From: a virus
DNA: 64,000 nt
IMG/VR virus record: IMGVR_UViG_3300014202_001521
Location: 66,931 to 130,930 of that record
Strand: one strand, 5' to 3'
The notes beneath the pieces were generated by a model. It was given only the letters and a program-made list of their open reading frames with translations, made no database searches and had not been told where the DNA came from. The position numbers and the translations under genes are program-made. This document shows, piece after piece, positions 10,249 to 19,889 of the stretch (positions within the stretch are counted from its first letter, which is position 1; the number at the start of each line of letters is the position of its first letter).

Positions 10249-10971
10249 AGGTCCATCTCAAAAAGTTCTTCTTCACCAGAGAAAATACGTTTTACCGTTG
10301 CGTTCATTTCACCTTTAATTGAGTTGCGGTCTTTAGGGCTGCCGTGGAAGCCGATATCGTAGTAAATAGGGTGTAACACTTCCAATAACGTAAAGTTGGA
10401 CGTGTAATCAATTACAGGCTTATCTTCTTTCTTCTGGTTTGGCCCCCAAATTTTGAATTTGGTGTTCAATTTCACTGGAACATGTGCAATATTACATAAT
10501 TCGACATAGGAAAGACTAACCTGCTTGCCCTCTGTCTTGCTCTTACGCTTACGGACACCAAGCCATTCCAGCCAAATCTGGATATCTTTCTTCCATATCT
10601 GACCACTGCGGAAAATTTCAATGTAGGCTAGTTCATCATCCTTCTTAGCCTTACGATTCACTTCCTTATGCCAGTCGTCAATGCTGTTTATATCTGAATA
10701 AACGGAAACAATGGCAGAGAGAGCTTCATTGTTGGCGACGACGTTCATAATTTGTTTGAGCGTGACGCCTTCTTCGATATCACAGTGATGGTTAATGTGA
10801 CGGGCAGGTTCTTTTTCGAGATAAACTTCTTCTTTATCTAGTTTGTCATTCCAGCGGTAAGTTTTAAGGCCACGTTTCGTAAAAACGCAATAAGACATTG
10901 TTTCTCCTAAGTTTTCAGGAAGTAAACTCCTATTATATTGTTATTTTATTATGGAGTCAATGTAAATATAC

Positions 10972-11625
10972 TTGATGGAATTTCTTCTACAACATTACAA
11001 GATAATCAAGGAAGACAAAGAATTGGTCTATTTTGATGGCGGCATAGCTGTTCAAAAGGACCGTACTCAAAGTATTGAGTATGATAAAGACTACTTCGAA
11101 AAGTACACCAGCTATGAAGGTACGCCAATAGCTATTGTATTGAACGAAAGCCGCGTGTCAATCACGCAAAAATATTGTAAAAAAGCTTTACTTGATATCG
11201 GGATAGGTTCTGGAGAATTTATAAAGTCTTCAAGCCGTAAGGTTTATGGATTCGATATTAACCCTTTGGGGGTTGAATGGCTAAAATCCCGTGATTTGTA
11301 TGTCAATCCCTACGAAAGTGTTCCAGAAGATTTAGGCGGCTGGACGTTTTGGGATAGTCTTGAGCATTTTGCGGAACCGCAGGACATTCTGACACAGATT
11401 CCAGCAAATCACTATGTATTTATATCAATTCCCGTGTTTCATGATGTATTATTGGTCAAAGAGTGGAAACATTATAGACCTAATGAGCATTATTACTATT
11501 TCAGTTTTCGCGGAGTAGTCAACTACATGAAACACTCTGGTTTCAAGTTAATAGACCATAACGATGAAGAAATTGTAGCGGGACGCCAGGATATACTTAC
11601 TTTTGTGTTTCAGCGTCAACCATAA
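10972..11625 (+). CDS. Class I SAM-dependent methyltransferase
   Basis: LLDIGIGSG, YGFDINP, WDSLEHF. Confidence 0.75.
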   Translation: MMEFLLQHYKIIKEDKELVYFDGGIAVQKDRTQSIEYDKDYFEKYTSYEGTPIAIVLNESRVSITQKYCKKALLDIGIGSGEFIKSSSRKVYGFDINPLGVEWLKSRDLYVNPYESVPEDLGGWTFWDSLEHFAEPQDILTQIPANHYVFISIPVFHDVLLVKEWKHYRPNEHYYYFSFRGVVNYMKHSGFKLIDHNDEEIVAGRQDILTFVFQRQP

Positions 11626-11817
11626 AGAACTTCAACTGAATATCGCCCAATTCAGTTGCAATTTCCTTCTTGGTGGCATTGGTCATGCCCTTGCGGTAGC
11701 AAATCCATACTGCCCATTTGCCATGTTCGTTCATTTCAACTTTGGAACTCTCGAAGAATGGCTGTCTTTTTAAGAACTCGCTGTAATTTCTTTCCAATCT
11801 TTTTAACTTATCAAACA

Positions 11818-12183
11818 TTATTGAACCTTGTCTTCTTTACCCCTTACTTGGACATAAAACACAAAAGAGTTTGGTAAAGGCTGTCCTGTCTTTTTATCAG
11901 TTTGTTGATGATAACGCAAGAATAATTTAGTATTTCCTTGGTCATAATTCAAGATATCTTTCAATCTTGATGCACATGCATTGATAAACTGGTGGCTTCC
12001 CGTAACTCTTAATCCATCATACATATACGTCGAGCCACGGTACTCATCTGGAACAATATTCAGTGGCTGAATTGGGATAGATGAGGGAAGTGTCTTCCAA
12101 AATTGCACTATCTCCTTCTTTTTAGCCTTCCAGGGCTTTTGGGTAAATTCTGCTTGTTCGCACCAATTCTTGAAACTGAACAT
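11818..12183 (-). CDS. Hypothetical protein with capsid-targeting-like N-terminus
   Basis: Likely start MFSFKNWCEQ at 12183, preceded by CATAAATACAAT. Confidence 0.6.
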   Translation of the reverse strand: MFSFKNWCEQAEFTQKPWKAKKKEIVQFWKTLPSSIPIQPLNIVPDEYRGSTYMYDGLRVTGSHQFINACASRLKDILNYDQGNTKLFLRYHQQTDKKTGQPLPNSFVFYVQVRGKEDKVQ

Positions 12184-12539
12184 ATTGTATTTATGCCTAG
12201 TTAGCACTTTTATATAAAATTACCCAAAATGGATCGGAAGGTTGATTTATTTTGTCGTGTAGGACATAGAAATTCAGCCTGTGGAACTTTCTAGGTGCCT
12301 TTAAAACAGCTTCAATCCCAAAGTTGGAATAACGCAGGTGATGTGCTATTCCAACTTTGGGACCAAATTCTGAGGGACAAGCTGGCTGTTTTCTCTCAGG
12401 GAAAATAACTGGTAAAACGTTAGGCATTTTATTAAACCATGCCTTGGTTTCTGACGAACTTTTTACCAGAACTAACTCCTGCTCTAAAATAGCCTCGCCT
12501 CGGTTTAGCCAATAATTCATCATCGTACAGTATGTACGA

Positions 12540-13336
12540 TTATTGGTTGATTAATAGTTCAAATTGTCCCTTTTTCAATATTGCGTCTACATTGGACACC
12601 TTTTTGTTAAATCGGTGATCTGTAACCCTATGTTCTAAAAGGTTATAAGTTCTAATCTTATTGCCGCGATTACCGTCCATGAGTTCCTTCCTCATTTGGG
12701 AGTAAACTGACTGCTCCTTATTCTGGAGATAGTCATTCACTTTCGCGGTAATAATCCTAGTGGCTTCACGTTTGTTGCTATGCTGGTCACGTCCATTAAT
12801 GAATACTTGTATCCCTGTGGGGATATGACGCATACGAACAGCGCTAGCTGTCTTATTTTGGTGCTGTCCACCTGGACCGTGACCGCATTGTGTGGTAACA
12901 TCCAATTCGTTCTGAGGAATTGGTTTCTGAGTGTTATCAGGTGGCAACGGTAAGATAGCAACAGCCACTACGGATGTTTGCTTTCTTCCCCGCGTCTCTG
13001 TAGGAGGTATACGTTGAATAATATGCTTGCCAGTTTCGTGCTTAAAGAAGCGTCCTGCCCCTCTACCACTCACTTTGGCAACCACATGGCCATTTTCAGA
13101 ATCCAAAATCTCTACAGCCAGAGCATGAGCCACAGCATATTTCACATATGCAGCGAATAAGTCGTGGACAAAGAGCTTGGAGTCTGTGCCACCTTCACCG
13201 AATTGTATTTCTAAAATTATTTCCGAACTTTTGTCAAAGACAGTCTAGGAGCGGAGATTGGGCGGGAGTGGTAGCGGAGCTAAAGAGACACCATTTTCTG
13301 GCCATTTTCTTGCGATTTCCAATTTTTCTTCTTCAT
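12540..13336 (-). CDS. Class I peptide chain release factor (RF1-like, lacking domain 1) encoded through two +1 frameshifts
   Basis: GPGGQ, QRIPPTE (PxT), IRTYN. Conserved ILEIQFGEGG...F..DLF..Y lies upstream of the track's GTG start. SD AAGGAG with ATG at 13336, slippery CTT-TAG-C at 13285-13279 and CTT-TGA-C at 13239-13233. Confidence 0.85.
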
Positions 13337-13366
13337 GATACTTTCTCCTTTGGTAATATATAGAAC

Positions 13367-13693
13367 ATGAAAACATTTCTTTTTTGGCTTTTCCTTTTCG
13401 CCTTGATCTGGATTCACTCCGTAGATATGGAGCTTACCAGATACTATATAGGCAATCAATGGGAAAACGAAACCTTCCCATTAATGAGGATGTGCATTAA
13501 AGAATTTGGCATTTATAATGCCCTCTGGATCAGTAGAGTATTTAGCTACCTATTTTTCTTCTTCTGTTTCCTTCGCAGGAAAGAAGACAACATTGTATTC
13601 ATGATGTTCCTTATCACTATAATTTATTACACAGGTATGATCCCGTGGCTGTTTAACTTGGGTCTAATGGAATGGCCACTGCCCCAATGTTAA
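13367..13693 (+). CDS. Small integral membrane protein
   Basis: Three hydrophobic segments. Confidence 0.6.
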   Translation: MKTFLFWLFLFALIWIHSVDMELTRYYIGNQWENETFPLMRMCIKEFGIYNALWISRVFSYLFFFFCFLRRKEDNIVFMMFLITIIYYTGMIPWLFNLGLMEWPLPQC

Positions 13694-13930
13694 TCACCAC
13701 ATGTAACGGACAAAGTTCCATATTTCTTCAGCCTCAAGCCAGAAGTCTACTTCGTGGTACATTGGCTTACCTTGTTTCTCCCACAATTTGTAAGCAATGT
13801 AGGCCAAAACCGTATCCTTGATAGCGTTGAAATCCTTGGCTTCTGGTCCCCAACCGTGTTGACATTGTGGTAACTTTTTAATTTCCTCGTCAATCTTTTT
13901 CTTGATTTCGAGAACTTCTAAGTCGTTCAT
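13694..13930 (-). CDS. DUF2934-like protein
   Basis: AYKLWEKQGKP...DFWLEAE. Confidence 0.6.
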   Translation of the reverse strand: MNDLEVLEIKKKIDEEIKKLPQCQHGWGPEAKDFNAIKDTVLAYIAYKLWEKQGKPMYHEVDFWLEAEEIWNFVRYMW

Positions 13931-14577
13931 AGCGTACCTCGCATCCGTTCGGAAGTGTATCTAGTGCTTAAATTCCTGTAAAGCGCCCTGCCATCCTTCT
14001 TGGCGTAACACATATCATTGAAATAATGACTTTCATCTTTCATCTGTTCATAAAATGCCCAATCGTTTGCTATGCCGTTCTTCAAATTGTAACAGGTGGA
14101 ATACTTGTATTTCTCTGCCATCTTTCTTGAGAATGAATAATTGGCAATGTCAATCTTCCCCTTCACTATTGGGAAAATCGGCAGTTCAATTAAACCCTTA
14201 AACAGTATCTTCGAAAGGATAACATCTGCCTTGTCGTGGACTCCAGCAACAACATCAAGGAAGTTATGAGCATATACCAATAGGTCGGCATCAAAGAAAA
14301 AGTAACGCTCCGATTTGAAGTTTTCAATAGCGTAGTTGCGTCTTTTGGCAATATTGACTAATATGGTTTCTAACTTTGGCGTCTCTTCATATGGCGTCTC
14401 AACGTATATGAATCGGTCATCGTTTGCTGCAATTACGATATTTTTAATAATTGGGGATGCGCCATTACTAATTAATATATGTTTGAAATTTTTATAAGTT
14501 TGATCTTTAAGGTCTTGGAGTAATCCAGGTACGGCTGCGAAAGCTTCATCAAAAACAGGTGTAATTATACAAAACAT
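13927..14577 (-). CDS. Glycosyltransferase family 2-like
   Basis: IITPVF...HILISNG...FFFDAD (DxD). Confidence 0.75.
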   Translation of the reverse strand: MFCIITPVFDEAFAAVPGLLQDLKDQTYKNFKHILISNGASPIIKNIVIAANDDRFIYVETPYEETPKLETILVNIAKRRNYAIENFKSERYFFFDADLLVYAHNFLDVVAGVHDKADVILSKILFKGLIELPIFPIVKGKIDIANYSFSRKMAEKYKYSTCYNLKNGIANDWAFYEQMKDESHYFNDMCYAKKDGRALYRNLSTRYTSERMRGTL

Positions 14578-14586
14578 AGGATATTT

Positions 14587-15201
14587 ATGAATAAATGGAC
14601 CATTTTCGGTACTAGCGATTTAATGCTAGAAATGATAGACGCTATCTATGACACTGGTGATGAACTTCATCAAATAGTCATCAATATGCCCATCCCCGAA
14701 AAGTCTATGCCAGATATTAAAGAATATAATATCACTAAAATAGAAGATTATAAGCCAAATTATGAGCAAAATATATTTGGTTTCACCGATTGCAACAAAG
14801 ATGCCTTTCTTAAAGCCTTGCCAGTCATTGCTTTTTCTAATCTGATCCATCCAGTTTCATATCAAGCTTCTACCGCCCATTTTGGGTGGGGTAATTATGT
14901 TGCCGCAGGCGCTGTTATTGGTGCCAAAGTAGTCTTTCAATGCCATAACATAGTGAATCGTAACGCTTCCATTGGGCATCACACCGAAATTGATTCATTT
15001 AACAACTTTGGGCCTGGAAGCATTATTTGTGGGCGATGCCAAATAGGTTGTAAGAATTTCTTTGGTGCAGGTAGCATTGTCAAAGACCGAATACGAATAG
15101 GCAACAACGTCACCATAGGCGCTGGTGCCGTTGTTGTGAATGATATTTTAGATGCGGGAGTCTATGTTGGCATCCCAGCCAAGAGATTCAATCCTTCTTG
15201 A
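14587..15201 (+). CDS. Sugar O/N-acyltransferase (NeuD/PglD family, hexapeptide repeats)
   Basis: NLIHP, ASIGHH, IGAGAVVVNDI, YVGIPAK. Confidence 0.85.
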   Translation: MNKWTIFGTSDLMLEMIDAIYDTGDELHQIVINMPIPEKSMPDIKEYNITKIEDYKPNYEQNIFGFTDCNKDAFLKALPVIAFSNLIHPVSYQASTAHFGWGNYVAAGAVIGAKVVFQCHNIVNRNASIGHHTEIDSFNNFGPGSIICGRCQIGCKNFFGAGSIVKDRIRIGNNVTIGAGAVVVNDILDAGVYVGIPAKRFNPS

Positions 15202-15654
15202 TCTTGTCGAGTAGAGCTTGCTTGTCAGCCAAAGGCAAATCCTGCCCCTTGGCACCTTCAGCCCTGGCTAGCATTTCTCGCACCTGTTCTGATGCTTCAG
15301 GTGACAATTTAACTTCGGCTTCTTCCATGTCGTCAGGGTCGCCCAAGCAAATTTCCATCCACCGCTTCATGGTCATTTGGGGAAGGGGTTGGGTTGGGTC
15401 TGTAAAGGTATCAGGCATTTGTTTTTCTAGCTTGGGTGGATTGGCCTGAAACCACACTTCGGCGGGATAATTACCAACTTTAATGCCAATCCCGAAGTTC
15501 GGGATGGACATTTGAGAGTCTTCAAGAAGACTTTCCAGGTTGGCTGCTGCCATTTCGGGGGTTGGCCCGTCCATGCGGATATTAACTTTGGCAACTATGC
15601 TAAATTCATAAACTGGCATGATTTTTGTTCCTTTGGGCAATATATAAGTTTATA

Positions 15655-16032
15655 ATGAAGACGTTTAAAGAGTATGTGGTTATGCGAGAAGATGAAGCAC
15701 CACCTGTTGGTGTAGACCCTGACATGTGGGCCGCTGCTAGTGAGCGTATGAGAAACTATTTGAGAACTCAAGCTCAAGGTGCCGTCCCACAGGCTCCACA
15801 GGCCATTCCACAGCAGCCTGTCACTTACAGGGCCGCTAGAGCGTTGGGCACTAGATCGTCGTTGGGTGGCCCAATCCAGGGTCAAACAGGTCAGGGACTA
15901 GAAAGTATCCCAGCAGGCGGTAGAGTACCTTCCCATTTAGTAGCCCAAATACCTAGTGGTGATATCGCCCCAGGTTGGGAAACCGCCACTAAGTTCTACA
16001 AGGGCCGCGACGGAAGAATCTACAAGAAATAA
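15655..16032 (+). CDS. Putative internal head protein
   Basis: Likely start MKTFKEYVVMRE, nearly identical to the T4 IPI N-terminus as I recall it; TATATA 9 nt upstream. Confidence 0.55.
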   Translation: MKTFKEYVVMREDEAPPVGVDPDMWAAASERMRNYLRTQAQGAVPQAPQAIPQQPVTYRAARALGTRSSLGGPIQGQTGQGLESIPAGGRVPSHLVAQIPSGDIAPGWETATKFYKGRDGRIYKK

Positions 16033-17552
16033 TTTAACCAAATAGCTCACGACATATGATTTGTGCTTCCCGATCTTCGGGATCATTGTCAATTGCCTTT
16101 TTAGCACACTCCATGTGGACAAAAGTATCAAATTCAAAGCAGAACACAAGATCATCGTCTTTGGTGTTGCAATACCAACAACCGCCGTCTTGTGGCGAGC
16201 ATGTCATAATACATTCCTTACAAACCAATTGAACATGAACCCTAACAGGAAGACCTGTATCAACAATGATATAAACCCGACATAAAAAGGATCAGTGTCG
16301 GAACACCATTCCAGTCGTCTGCTGCGGCCAATTAGATTGGCGGTGATGCTGATTAACAGACAGACGATGATTAACAGTGGGTAAATCATAGAATTAGGTC
16401 AATTAACCTCTCCCGAAGTTCTGCTTTCGTCCACTTATCAGTAGTGTATTGGGCAAACAGCAGTTTAATGCTATACACTAGCTTACTGGCGCGTTGATCT
16501 TTGGGGTCGATTTCCCAGGTGGTGGGAACGAACCAATCAGAAAATTCTTTGGCTGTGATAACGCCGTCGATGTATTTGCATAGTTTATCAATGATGGCGT
16601 TCTCAAGAGACATTGGGTTGGCCTTTGGCGCAATCGAGGTAATCTTCGAGGGCTTTTTCCAAACCGTATTCCTCAATTTCATTGCCATAACGAATATTGA
16701 ACTCATTACGGTCGCCAACGAAGAACCTGTTTTGGCACGCATGGCATTCACACCCATTAGGAATGTAAGGGTATTCACGCTCTGAATGACTATCATATAG
16801 CCAGTTTACGGCTTTACACTTTGGGCAATAGAACTTCCTATAGAACTCATAAAATTCTTGGATGTATAAGTCGCTCATGCGGTTGCTGCTTCACAATGTA
16901 ACTTCAGTTTTTCTTGTAATTCTTCATTGGTTTTGACACCGAATAAGAAGTTGATTGGGACATACACTGAATATCCCCCTTCTTTGTACCAAAGCCAAGT
17001 GCCATGCTTCCTAAAGATGGCTTCTTTGTCATTTAGATAATTGTTTGCTTTTTTCTCTCCTCGCGTTATTAAAGTATTCATGATTCGACTTTCCTCCATT
17101 TTTTATATTGTCTGGTATGTAAACACCACTCTTCGAATGCATTGCTTTTGATCCCATCATTTTACAAATTTGTTCCCCTAATACAAAACAGGCGAACCAC
17201 TCTTGACATTCGGATTCATTTTCCAAGTCGATATCGTTTATCAGTGCCCATGTAGTGAAAGTCCTCCATAACGGATGATCTGCCAGCAAATTCCTATGTG
17301 GCATTAATAGTCCCCTATAATAGTGTCGGTCGCACTGTCATATAGGCTGACTCTACGGATAATCTTCCTACTAGGAATCTTATCCACTTTCACACCAGCC
17401 AATGCCTGTAAATCACTTCGCTCATCAACAAACACCACAAGCATCTTATCAAATGTCTGTGCGTCATGTGGAGCGTCAACTACCTCTAAAACACAATCTG
17501 CTTGTGCCCAAAACTTCTTCAATTGGTCTATTTTGCTCATATACTATTATAG

Positions 17553-17675
17553 TGGCCAAGGCTGGAATTGAACCAACTCCTACGGAACAGAGGTAAGGTG
17601 CTTACTATGATGTGGGCATTTTCAGCCTCACGACACCTTACTTTTTCCGCCGCTCTGCCGTTGAGCTACTTAGCC
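17553..17675 (-). ncRNA. 123-nt tRNA-like gene with ~50-nt structured expansion of the anticodon arm
   Basis: Acceptor GGCTAAG/CTTGGCC plus A73, D arm GCTC-AACGGCA-GAGC, T arm GTTGG-TTCAATT-CCAGC; stem GCGGA/TCCGT encloses GTAAGGTG/CACCTTAC and an inner hairpin. Confidence 0.8.
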
Positions 17676-18022
17676 AGCTTTGCTTTAGCTTTCTCTAATT
17701 CTTGCTCAAGTTCTCGCAAGTCTTCTGGAACGTCTTCTTCATCGTGGCAGGACCGCTCACTATCGGATTCATACCAGCCAATAACATCCTCAGCCGCCTT
17801 TAGTGCTGCTTCCAGAAGTTTGATTTTGCTCATTGTCCAATTCCTGATAGTGTCGCTCCACCATAACCATAAACGGCATGGCTAGTGAGTAGCCTACCGT
17901 AATGGCGATGAATATTGGCCAGCTTGGAACAGGCCAACAGATAACCAGAGTGAATAAAATCCAAGCGTACCAAATCCAGTGAGTCCAGATACGCTTGATC
18001 GTTTTGAAATAGTTGTGCATAG

Positions 18023-18047
18023 AAAAGGGGGCGGGTTTCCCCGCCCC
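18023..18047 (-). terminator. Intrinsic terminator
   Basis: GGGGCGGG-GAAA-CCCGCCCC-CTTTT. Confidence 0.8.
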
Positions 18048-19496
18048 ACCATTTTACTCTTTATCCCGCAGGTCTTTCAAGCTTTCTTTGAACTTAATGT
18101 TGGATTTCTTTTCCTGATCGGTCAAAGAACGCTTCGGAAACTTATCCTGATGACAAATGCCGCATTTAGGATTGCCGCAGTCCCACGCATCCTTTTTGCG
18201 GAATCTGCCTACCTGATCGTCACATGCGCAATCAACGACGTATGGATCAACCCCGATTTTGTCGGGGCGACCGCCACGATCCTTGTTGCTGTCAACGTGT
18301 GACTTCCTATGAATCTTCCACTGACGATAGAATACGTTGTATTCTTCGTGCCATCTTTTCATGAGAACCTCCGTAGTGAAAAAAGTACCTAATACTGAGT
18401 TCACTACTGCGAGTCTTAAATAACGTTCTCATTTGACCACCTCTTTAACTTCTTTGTCTATATCAAACTCTTTCCTTCGATAAAGCACCGCCGCCTTATC
18501 GTTGTAACGATCTTTCTCTATATATAGACCGCCCCAATCCAGAGGCTCCCAATTATTTTTATGGAATGTGCTGTAATACACCGACAAATTAACTTTGCTG
18601 TATTTCTCCGCAATCGTCTTAATCTGTGGTAGTATGTAGGTGTTCAAGGCGCTCCGTAGAGCATATCTGATCCTAGCTGGAACCGAATAGACCGATATGT
18701 GCGTATCGTAGTCCATGATGGTTCCAGGTTCTCCCCATCGCTTAGCATACTTAGCATACGACAAAAGATTGATCTTGGTAAAAGAAAAATCTCGGAGTCT
18801 TCTGATTTTCTTGGGATTGCCTGGACTGTAACTATAAGTTAAAGCCAGACCATCTGTACTAAGAACAGAAGTTATGTCCGTAGTCTGGAGAACATAACTT
18901 AAACCCTTCGGCAATTTGTTTTTAGATATTCGATCTTCGAATTTACAGACGTATAAATCACTCATATTTCACTACTATTACATCAGGTTTAATGTTATAA
19001 ACACCACGATAAGCAATAATGTCTTCCGCAGTGATGCGGGGCCGAAGTTTAAACCAATCCGTGTGGTCAGTATCAGAGATATGATCCACCGACAACTGGA
19101 TTTCTTCGGTCTTTTGTGGGTGGTTATATCCTTCAAAGCGGTATTCCGCATCAAGGTATTTCCAACTGTTTTCCTGGCCAACTGTACCCTTGATAAACGT
19201 CACATTTTCAAGGACACAATAACCATAACTGGCCCAATATCCAAGCTGTCTCTTGTTAGATATACAGTCGGGTGCCGTCCACGTCTCCAAAGTCACCTTG
19301 TCGTACTTTTCGCCAATTAAATCCAGATGCTCAGGCAGTGGATTCCAAAAGCGAATGGCAACTCTGTTAGGATCGTCGTAAAACGGGTGCGATCCCTCAA
19401 TGTCTGATGGCCTTGGGGACTTATACCAGTAGCAAGGAATAAGTTTATATTCCCCGCCAACTTCTATCCCAAAGAATCTACGGGTTGGGTGGGCCA

Positions 19497-19889
19497 TTAC
19501 TTCATTGTGACTGTGCCGCCACAATCCTCCAAAAGTGCCTTCAATTTCTCAGCTTCCGCCTTTGGCATATTTTCCTTAACAGTCGCAGGGCAGGCATTAA
19601 TTGCTGCCATTGCATCCTTCAAGCCAACACCTGTGGCTTCACGGTAGCTCTTAACCAACGAAATTTTCTTCGCCTGGTCATAGCTCTCCAAAACAAGTGT
19701 AAACTCAGTTTGTTCTGGAGCCTTTTCAACCTGCTTTTCCTTTGGCTGTTCTTGGATCGGTGGCGCACCGAATGGCTCGATGTTGTAAGTCTCTTTCAAG
19801 TAGGTGAGCAAGTCACCTGCTTTGGAAGGACTAAGAGCCGCAATCCTATCGCCAATTTCTACCACCGAAGCCGAATATTCTGCGCTCAT
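19497..19889 (-). CDS. rplL: Ribosomal protein bL12 (L7/L12)
   Basis: EQTEFTLVLES...KISLVKSYREATGVGLKDA...P..VKENMPKAEAEKLKALLEDCGGTV. Confidence 0.9.
   Translation of the reverse strand: MSAEYSASVVEIGDRIAALSPSKAGDLLTYLKETYNIEPFGAPPIQEQPKEKQVEKAPEQTEFTLVLESYDQAKKISLVKSYREATGVGLKDAMAAINACPATVKENMPKAEAEKLKALLEDCGGTVTMK

Noticed and set aside
12540-13145. Track start of the RF at GTG 13145
   Set aside because: No SD, and it removes the conserved ILEI.G.GG...DL..Y segment encoded in frame upstream
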